Origin: Geosiphon pyriformis uo1
Taxonomy: Eukaryota > Fungi > Glomeromycota
Direction of reading: 5' to 3'
DNA length: 11,951 bases
Assembly: GCA_016748015.1 (NCBI GenBank)
Contig: JAAOMT010000738.1
Span: 1-11,951 of the forward strand
Positions 1 through 8,485 of this stretch are shown here, piece after piece; the stretch's first letter is position 1, and each line of letters starts with the position of its first letter. The notes below the pieces were generated by a model, which saw only the letters and a list, made by a program, of their open reading frames with translations, had not been told where the DNA came from and searched no databases. The translations under genes were made by a program, and so were the position numbers.

Positions 1-331
1 TGGGGTTTGGTGGTTGATCTTCCATTTCAGTGTTTAAGTATCCAATAATAGTTTTGGCTGGTATTTTTCTGACATTTCTTGTATTGTTGTAGATAGGAAT
101 TTTGATGTGGCTGTAATTTTAGGCTGGTATGTAAAGATTGATGAATCCAACTTCTCCTAATTCACAAAGATTGGCTTCTGCTTCAAAAATTTGTGCTTGG
201 TCTTTTTCTTTCTTTTCTATTGCTAGCATGTACTGGTTATATGATAAAATAGAAATAGCTTAACCGGTTGAGATAATTTCTCCTTGGCCAACAATTTTTT
301 TTTCCATTATATTAACTGATACATCTATTCT

Positions 332-724
332 ATTTGTTAATTCGAATCTCTGTATTTCTTTTGCTGTTATTCTTAATTTCTCCCTCTTTCTTACTGATAC
401 TAACTGAGCTACTCTAATCAGAGGCAAAAATATTGTCTGTGCTATCTTTTTGTTGGGCTCTATTACATAGGCTTTTTCTGAGTCATTTTGTAGCATAGTG
501 ATGATATTTCCTACATATTCTATGTCAATTATTTCCTCTCTTATATTAATCCCTCTTTTCACTAAACTACTCCTAAATGCTAATTGAACTATTGTTGTGG
601 CCGGAATTTCTAGTGCTACTTTCAGATCAATACAGGTGCGTGTATGTGGTTCTAATTTGATGGCTTCTGTTCTTAGATATCTCAGATCGAATCTTGTATC
701 AGTATTGTATGCATGTTCTGACAT
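332..724 (-). pseudogene. dut: Trimeric dUTPase domain within pol (degenerate)
   Basis: All five dUTPase motifs occur in order: AYNTDTRFDL (I), AFRSSL (II), EEIIDIEYVGNI (III), KIAQ (IV), TAKEIQRFELTN (V; canonical RG..GFGSTG). Conserved Gly residues are converted to Glu/Arg by G>A changes. Confidence 0.88.
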
Positions 725-1009
725 AATACCTTCCCCATTGTCACTATACCATTTTAACTCTTGTTTTTTGAAGAGATCTGGTAGTGCAATGTATTGTTCA
801 TAGTTTAAATTGGAGTTTGAATCTGAGTTTGAATTGTCTTTGTTGTCATTGTTATTTTAAATGGAACTGGAACCAGTGTTTTTGTCATCATTGTTGGAGT
901 CTGGATTGCGATTGATCAGTAATTTTGATTCTGATGCACAGCTGCTGATTGGTTTTTCTTCTTCAGGAATTGTGTAGATTATGCATGGTGGTGGATTGTA
1001 AATAAGATC

Positions 1010-1612
1010 ACAATTGTCACAATATTCAAAGTCACTGGGAATTAAACAATGGCAACACAGTCTTGTATTTAACTGTGCTAGTCGTTGTTTTTACTTTTCT
1101 CTAGTGGGTGCCAAGTTTTGGTAGTGTTCATAGAACTTTTTTGATTCCAGAAAATTTATGACTGGCTTGGCATTCCAGTCAAGCTCGATGGGTTCTGGTG
1201 GGTTGTTTTTAATTGTCCTGATTTCTTCTGGTAACACGCCTTCAATTTTGGCGATTGCCATCTGCCATAATTCATCATCATTGTGTGGACAACTGTCCAA
1301 TTGCTGTACAGCTCTTCTCCAGACAGCTTCTATGGGTGTTCCTTTTTCGACCCAGTCACTGATGAGGATTGTGTATTGGCAGGACACGTCGCACGTTCCT
1401 TCTCTCTCCAGAATGTCATTCCACATTCCTTCATTGAGGAGAGTTTCTCCACAGGTTATACATAGTGTATTATCCCATTTTCCCACTTGTTTTGGTCTTT
1501 CAAAACATTCAACATGGCATGTGCGGCAATAGAACTTGGTTGCCATCTGATATTCTTTATTGTCACTACAGCATGCACCCATTGATGACAATTTCTTGCT
1601 GCAATCAATGCA
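1010..1612 (-). pseudogene. Cys-rich, putative zinc-binding region of unknown function inside pol
   Basis: In frame with PR and dUTPase: CIDC...CC...CRTC...CITC...CDVSC, then CCHC-x8-CDNC (1057-1010). Confidence 0.6.
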
Positions 1613-1964
1613 TATCAGTTTGGGTCAGTAATAGGTCAATGATTGTTGTTGACCATAGGTGTATGGGATATAAGTGTTGTTGGCTTGAGTGTTTTCTTCT
1701 TCCCTCTCTTTCCCTTTTCCCTTTTCTTTTTTCTACTCTCAACTCGATAGTTCTTTCTGTTCATTGTCAGTCCAGATCAAATCATCTGTTTCTCAGATCA
1801 GTTCCTCTTTTTGCTTTCCCTTAGGGTTGTCATTTTACGAAAGTATTGGTAGTAGTTCATTGTGGTCAGCGTCAGCCCAGAAGACTTAGTAAGCTTCCCA
1901 AGTAGGTTTCTCTTTCTCCTTCTCCAGTTTGATCAATAGTTTCTCTCTTAGAGGAGTCTTAAAA

Positions 1965-2330
1965 TGGCCACACATGGCCAGTACACATATGTGTTGGCTC
2001 TAATATGTTAGCTGGAGTTTTTGGGTGTTCCAGTTTAACGTTGCATTGACTTTGGATAGCCAGTCATTACTAACGAGAGCTTGGTATTAAGTAACTTTTA
2101 TCACTAGAACTTTAATGGGAGTCATGATGCCATTGACTTCAAAAGGGAAGTTGTCAATTTTGCTGATTGGAGTTTTGGTCGTTCCATCAGCTGTGATGAT
2201 TCTGGCACTGGCAGCTTGATCAACTCAACAACCTAATTGATCCATGAGTTGTCATGTGATGATGCTGCCTACTGAACCACTATCAAGAATTAATTTGATA
2301 GATTGTTCCTCAACTTTGGCATCAGTGTAC
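1965..2330 (-). pseudogene. Retropepsin-type aspartic protease of element A
   Basis: IKLILDSGSVGSII (DSG at 2284-2276), then read through stops IITADGTTKTP...LVSNDWLSKVNATLNW (canonical LG.DWL). Same frame as the capsid; boundaries approximate. Confidence 0.9.
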
Positions 2331-2399
2331 ATTGCGGTGATTGGTTTGGCTTCAAGAGGAGCTCCACTAAATAATGGCATTGCAGTCGTTTCCTCGAAT

Positions 2400-4736
2400 T
2401 CAAATGGGAATATAGTAGCCAAAGACTCATCTTCGGTAATGGTAGCAGATAGGATATTACTGGTGAGTGGTTGTTTTTGGGCGAATGCTGAGTTATTGGT
2501 TGAGACATCTTTTAGAGTAACCAGAAGACTTAAATAGTTCTGGGAATTCGGGTTCTGGAGCTGACCAGCACCCGAATTCCACTGGTGTAATCCAGATGAT
2601 TGTTGTAAAGAACTGAGTATCAGTTGATGGATTACCATTGCCGATCTCCAGCTTTGTTGAGTCATTCTCAGTCTTTGGATTCCATTGGGTGGTAAGCTTT
2701 GGGGTGGTGTTTGGATTTGTTGGGGCTGATAGATTATTTGTGGCTACAGTTGTTGATAAATTACTTGTGGCTGCAGTTGATAGATTGGAGCTTGATATAC
2801 CAAAGATTGATAGACTAATGACTGTGTCACTGGTAGGTAAGCAGGTTGGTTTTGATTTGGGTACTGATTCGGAGTTTGGAACTGGCAATCGGGGTTTTGA
2901 TATTGATTTTCTGATTGTTGGTTATTTAAACGCTGGTGACAGTCAATTTGAATATATTCTTGTTTACCACAATAGTGGCAGATACGTGTTTCCTGTTGCC
3001 ACTGTTGATTGGTCGATGAAGATAGACATGGTTGATTTTGGACACAATTAGAGTTTCCTTGATTATTACATTGTTGTGAAGGCTGATAAATGGCATGATT
3101 GTTGGCTAAGTATTCTTCCAGTCTCTTATTAATTGATTCACTAAGCTTCTCCAATTTGGAATCCAATTCAGATGATCCGTTTATTACTAGATTAACAGCT
3201 TAGGCATGATTAGTTTCTGACTTAATAGATTCAAAATTCCTGGTGCGTGTGACTGCGTCTTGAAGGGTGCCTGAATGTAATGGACGTACATGTTGCAAGA
3301 TGCTGCTGTGCAGGCCACAGATAAACTGGTTGAGTATCTGTGAGACTGTGAAATAGTTGGCGTCAATTGCTTGAATTTGGCACAGGTTTCGATGAAAGTG
3401 TCCCAGATAAGTGGTGACCACTTCAGTTTTTCCTTGTTTCATGGTGGTGAATGTATTGACTAGGCGATTGATGCTGTTATTGTTGCTGAAGTATCTTAGG
3501 AATTCCACTTTGAAGGCATTGAAATCTTGTGGTTTATTAACCAAGCTCTGATACCATGAATCGGTGGTATCCTTGAGAAAGTAGGAAATGGCTTGTATTG
3601 CTTGGGCATTATTCCATCTGTTGGCTGTGATGGCCTTTTCTATATCATTCAGCCATACTTGAGCATCATCCTCTTTGCCAGTAAAGTTGTCAAGTTTTAC
3701 AATTGGTGCATAGGTCATTGGATCTAAGTTAGGTGGTTGTGGTGGCTGTTGGAGCAGTTGTTGTTGTACTGGTTGTTGGTAGTTGAAGTGGCTGTTGTAT
3801 GGGTTCAGTTATGAGATTAATTGGCAGTTGATCAATGACAATTACTGGAGGTAAGTTTTGCTAATTAATTAATTCAGGGTTTGGATTGTTCTGCCTTTGA
3901 TGATTCGGAGTTTCGATTTCCAAATTTTCTAGATTTAGATTTTGCTGAGTTTGAAAATTCAGGGTTTCAACTTCCAGGTTTTCAGTGATCAGATGCTGAT
4001 AAGTGAATTCTTGATCCTCTGATTTTTTTTTCTCTTTTTCTGATTCTGCTGCTTCCCACAGATCAAAGATTCTAAAATCAGGTAGAGACGGTAGTGATCA
4101 AAGTCCTGATGGGGTTAATAATTGTGAATTAAATCCCTCAAAGTATTCGCCATATGGTCCTAATAATTCTGTTTTTCTTTGTCTACTTTGGAATGAAAAT
4201 TGTCCAAATGCTGATGTCGCAGTTGATGAGAACACATCTGTTGATGATATGTTGATGGCACTTCCAAATGTATAGTGGTAGAATAGGTTGCTTGGGGATT
4301 CAATTCTGCTTTTCTTTCAAGTAAGTGGCTGTATTTTTCTGGGTGTTACTGCTGGTGTTTGTAGTTTTCCCTTGCTTTTACTAGCATATGTAATTGGATA
4401 TCTTTGTTGAATGTGGTGTTCAATTTCTTTGTTGATCTCAGTGATGATGGATGTGAAATTATGATTTGTTGGCAGATTGGTGTTTTGAATTAACTCTTTA
4501 TAGAAAGTTTTTCTTGCTGATTCAGTATTCACTGGTGTTTTTAATAAAGAAGAAATCTTTTTGTTAATGTAGAAATTGAAAACTGATTTGGTAGATATAT
4601 GATTGTGGTTTAATCCCAAGTATTGACAATAGTGTTGAAATAAGGATTTTGTGAATCCTAAATGGTTTGTTCTTATATTTTCTGATTCTGCCACTTTTGG
4701 ATGGTGTTTGTTGGTACTGGTTCTCTGTAGGATTAT
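2400..4736 (-). pseudogene. gag: gag of element A: N-terminal extension, capsid (3200-3718), degenerate CCHC zinc knuckle (2939-2980), Gln/Pro-rich tail
   Basis: Retrotransposon capsid signatures LDNFTGKEDDAQVWLNDIEK, WYQSL, MKQGKTEVVTTYLGHF and QFICGL. The knuckle reads CHYCGKQEYIQIDC (CX2CX4[H>Y]X4C). The in-frame ATA at 4736-4734 directly after the PBS is probably a mutated ATG. A net frameshift lies between 4317 and 3718. The 3' boundary is approximate. Confidence 0.88.
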
Positions 4737-4754
4737 ACCTTACAGGGAGCACCA
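4737..4754 (-). promoter_or_regulatory. tRNA primer-binding site (TGGTGCTCCCTGTAAGGT)
   Basis: Lies 2 nt past the LTR end. Its complement ACCUUAC-AGGGAGC-A-CCA fits a tRNA 3' end (T-stem strand, 7-nt acceptor strand, discriminator, CCA). The ...GGAGCACCA ending resembles Ile(UAU) or elongator Met tRNAs; the identity is not established. Confidence 0.85.
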
Positions 4755-5376
4755 AATGTTACAAGTGATTATTTCTGCTGTTGAATTAAATAACAAACCC
4801 ATAACTTGGTGCTCAAAAGCTACTTTTGTGGATGAGGTTCTACAAGTGTTGTATTTGAAGGTTTTGATGGAGTCTTTTGTATAATGGACAGAGATTCAAT
4901 AGTGTCGATAGTAGATATATCTTTCCAAAAGTTTTCCCAATTTCTTTTTCAGTATGGTGGCTGGATTTAGTCTGGCAGTTGTGCCCTTCTGGTAAGCTAT
5001 CCAATAATATATAAAATCCTACCCTTATTTCTGGGTCTTTTACCAGGCTATCCTTGACGTCAATAACTCAGTGCTTAATCTTTTAATCAATTAGTATACA
5101 ACAACAAAATCAAAAAAAGAAAGAAAATAAAATAAAGAAAATAAATAAAGAAAATAGAGAAAATAAGCCAAGGCAATTTGGTACATTAGTATCTCGTCAA
5201 TAGCCGTAATCAAGAGCTATTGTTCCAGTGTGGTTAAGGATCAATTACTATCAACATGAAGTGTTGATAGTGGAGAGTGGATTGAGATATGAAAGAATTA
5301 TTTATTTGATGATTTTATTTTTAGGCTAAGAATTCTGTGATATTAATTCTGTCTTTTCCATTTCTAATACTACTGC

Positions 5377-5384
5377 TATATATA
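5377..5384 (-). promoter_or_regulatory. Candidate TATA box of LTR A
   Basis: TATATATA about 40 nt downstream of the tandem array on the minus strand, conserved at 9096-9103. Minus-strand AATAAA motifs follow at ~5301-5320. Confidence 0.5.
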
Positions 5385-5423
5385 CATATTTGAGATTCCC
5401 CAATTCCTCGATTTTTCATAACG

Positions 5424-5556
5424 GGAATCCTGGAATTCTTGGAATCCTGTGATTCCTTTGAGAGTAATTCTGGAATTCTGGAATCCTGCGATTTCTCATC
5501 AGGGAATTCTGAAATTCCTGGAATCCTGCAATTTCTAAGAGGAATCCTGGAATTCC
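5424..5556. repeat. Tandem array in LTR A: ~3.5 copies of a ~39-bp unit built from GGAATCCT/GGAATTCCT subunits
   Basis: Units start at GGAATCCTGGAATTC... The same array is present in the other LTR at 9143-9275. Confidence 0.85.
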
Positions 5557-5627
5557 ACATTTACTATGTCTACTTCTAATTGGCTAATAATCATATTAAT
5601 ATATTTCCTATATTTCTATAAGTAACA

Positions 5628-8485
5628 ACACTCAACAACAATTTCTCATCACTTATGCAGACAAAAGCAAAGGAAAATTGCAAACACCAGTAGTGTTACC
5701 AAGTAAAAGCTACAGGATTTGTAACTTCTTAGCAATAACAATAACTTTCACCTGGAATACACATTACCATAATTATGCTACTGACTATAGCATATTATGG
5801 GTGTATGGACTATTTCAGTAGGTGGGAGAGCAAAAGGGATACGTGATAAGGTCATTAAAAGTGAAAGAAAGTATTGTCATTATTATTTGTTTTTGAATAA
5901 GAACCAGTCTTAGGTATTTGAAAAGGGGAAAAGAGAAGTCACATCTCTTTATATGTATTAGAAGCGCAACCAGCAACAAGGAGTGAAACCAACTACTCAA
6001 AGAAATATGTAACCAGAATTCTTTCAATTAGTTGTCGAAAGGGTGTGGTGTTCAAATGCCTGCTTTGAAAATGAAGTTATAGAAATTATAAAAGAAATTA
6101 TGAAAGTCAAACTTAACTGAAATAGATTTTGTTTAAACTTTTTATTGTTGAGACTACTCTCTAACAATGTAATATTTTATTACTTATTTTTATATTTAAC
6201 AATTTGTTTGGTGAAACAAGACTTAATGTGAAATGGTAATAACACATGATTTGAAAGATTGGAAGTAATAAAACAACTTGAAATAGTAATAACAAGTAAA
6301 TAAAAGATTATAAACAATGTAATTTCAAATAGTGATAAGGAATATGGAAAGACATACTTGAGATTGTAATGACAAGTATTTAGAGCATAGAAAGGGAAGA
6401 AAAAGTATAAAGAGTAGAGAAAAAGACTAACTGCTCACTATAAAACTATAGCAAAGAGTTGGCTCAGTATTGAACTGATACTTTCCTGAGCTGACAAAGA
6501 GACTGTATATATAGCTAAATTACATCAGATCTATATATTATATTATAACTATTTAAAATACATTAATTATTTATATACATTTAATTAATCAATTCATGAT
6601 GAGCTTACTTAGCCTGTTATTTATCCAAGAGTTAGTAATTTAGATGATCAGATTTTAGATGACTGAATCTAGAACATTGATTGTAAATCAATAATACCAA
6701 TTGTGATTATGATCAACATAATCAGAAGTAGATCAATTGATTACATTTCTTGGTAACTATTTTTAATCATTGATTACAGATTTGGAATGTTAGATTGTTC
6801 CAATAAGGGCGTATGAGAATTTTGGAGCATAACAAAATCTGTTGTTATCTGATTACATGCATTAATCATTCATTTCCATTGGTATTTCTTAGTTTGCCAA
6901 GATTTCTTTATATTCAACTTAGTTAAACTGTTGGATTGTGTTATATTTCTTTGTTGTAATTAGATTGATTGCTGATCATTTATTTCCAGATTGCCAGCTG
7001 ATTTTGTTGATTAAGTGTGATAATGTAGGTTTTTTTCACATGATTTTGATGTTAATTTTCATTGTATGTGTTGTAATTTTTGCATTGAAAAGTGTAAAAA
7101 TCTTCTGGTAACAGCGGTAATACCCAAAAAAATACAACTATCTACTTAGAAGAAAACCAGAATTGAATTACCAACCAATCCATTATATTATTATATACCA
7201 GAAAGTGCTATTATTATCTTTTCAGCAGACACATCTACATCAAATACAACATCAATCTTTGAATAATTCCTATTTCAAAATAAACAAAAAAGAACAGAGT
7301 TATTAGGACTATATGGCAAATATTTTGAAAGATTTAAATCATAATCCTCAACACCATCAAAATTTTAATCTCCACTACCTCAACCAGATTTTGAAACCAC
7401 AAGTCCATGGGACATAATGAAATCAAAAGAAAAAAAAAGTAAGGATTAGAAATTTACTTACCAAAACCTGATCTTAAAAAATCCAGAAGTTGAAACTCTG
7501 AACAATCTCAACTCTAAAACAATTAATCAGCAAAACTTATCTTCAGTAATGGTCATTGAACCAATTATTGAACCAATTCAACAGCACCCACTTCAACAAC
7601 CTATTCAATAACCACTTCAACTATCTCAACAACCTTAGCAGTCACTTTAACAGCCACAACAACAACTGATCACACAAATGGCATATGCACTTATTACAAA
7701 GCTGGAAAAATTTTCTGGTGAAGAAAACAATGCCCAAACATGGATTAATAACATTGCCAAAGCCATTACCACTAATAACTGAGATGATGCCAGAACAATG
7801 CAAGTCATTTCATATTTTTTCAAGAATACTGCCAACTCGTGGTATCATAGCTTAGCTCAGAAACCCCAAAACTTTGAGGCATTTAAATTGGAATTCTTAA
7901 AATACTTCAGTGATAATAACAGCATTAACTGCCTGGCAAGTAACTTCACCACCATAAAGTAAGGGAACACAGAAGCAGTCATTACTTATCTAGGGCACTT
8001 TCACAGAAATCTGCACCAGATTCAAGCCATCAATGCCAATTATTTTATGGTAGTGCAAATTCTAAATCAGTTTATTTGTGGATTACGCAGTAGCATCCTA
8101 CAATGCATATGCCCAATGCATCCAGTCACTCTACAAGACGCAGTCACACATGCCAGAGATTTCGAGTCAGCTGAGCTAAAGGCCAATCATGCCCAAGCTA
8201 TAAATTTAGTAATAAATAGATTATCTGATCTAGATTCTAAACTGAAGCACTTCAGTGATTTAATCAATTAGAAAATTAAGAAATACTTAGCTAACAATAA
8301 TCAGGCAATCTATCAACTTTTACAATGATACAGTAATTAAGAAAACGTGAATTGTTTCCAAAATCAGCCATGTTTATCTTTATTATCCAATCAGTCATGG
8401 CAGCCAAAGACACATGTCTATCACAACTGTGATAAACAAGACCATATCTGAGTCAACTGCCATTTTTATAATAACATATGATCAG
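5628..8485 (+). pseudogene. gag: Element B: older, related gag relic (5628-5693 + 7114-8485), bounded or interrupted by three insertions
   Basis: 5628-5693 encodes TQQQFLITYADKSKGKLQTP, matching A's IQQRYPITYASKSKGKLQTP. Homology resumes at 7114. The capsid starts at 7678 (MAYALITKLEKFSGEENNAQTWINN...QFICGL). A decayed knuckle YHNCDKQDHI*VNC lies just before LTR C. Multiple stops. Confidence 0.9.
5694..7113. mobile_element. 1420-bp insertion, probable solo LTR of a different family
   Basis: Perfect 8-bp terminal inverted repeats TGTTACCA/TGGTAACA. It splits gag B at a point where alignment to A (CCA GCAG TAA) implies a 4-bp duplication (GTAG 5690-5693 / GCGG 7114-7117). No credible coding content; TATATATA at 6505-6512. 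Confidence 0.8.

Larger units (their letters stand above)
1..5627 (-). mobile_element. Ty3/Gypsy LTR retrotransposon, element A (5' half; runs off the left edge), degenerate
   Basis: Minus-strand order: LTR (5627-4757), PBS, gag (capsid + zinc knuckle), aspartic protease (LDSG), Cys-rich region, dUTPase. The ORF-track pieces 3200..3718, 2744..3166, 2252..2665, 1091..1591 and 260..724 all share one frame, separated only by point-mutation stops. Confidence 0.93.
4757..5627 (-). repeat. 5' LTR of element A (871 bp, TGTTAC...GTAACA termini)
   Basis: Direct repeat of 8486-9346 over its full length, with 6-bp terminal inverted repeats. It is followed on the minus strand by TT and a TGG-starting PBS. 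Confidence 0.95.

Noticed and set aside
597-1889. Plus-strand ORFs opposite pol (also 2244..2537, 10056..10628, 11381..11569)
   Set aside because: Antisense shadows of recognisable minus-strand domains with no independent coding signal.
2493-3051. Overlapping ORFs 2493..2888 (-) and 2638..3051 (+)
   Set aside because: Alternate-frame and antisense shadows of CAA/CCA-rich gag sequence, low complexity with no motifs.
5490-5505. Minus-strand CTGATGAG resembling a hammerhead ribozyme core
   Set aside because: Not conserved in the other LTR (CTGACAAG), and no flanking stem architecture is visible.
5424-5556. CRISPR-like repeat array
   Set aside because: The units are contiguous with no unique spacers, there are no cas genes, and the context is a eukaryotic LTR.
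5321-5560. 79-aa ORF present in both LTRs (also 9040..9279)
   Set aside because: It is a translation of the GGAATTCC tandem array (repeated SRIP) and runs through the candidate TATA box, so its openness is explained by the repeat.
5815-6027. Hydrophobic 70-aa ORF in the 1420-bp insertion
   Set aside because: Short, with a non-ATG start, and expected by chance from a T-rich strand.
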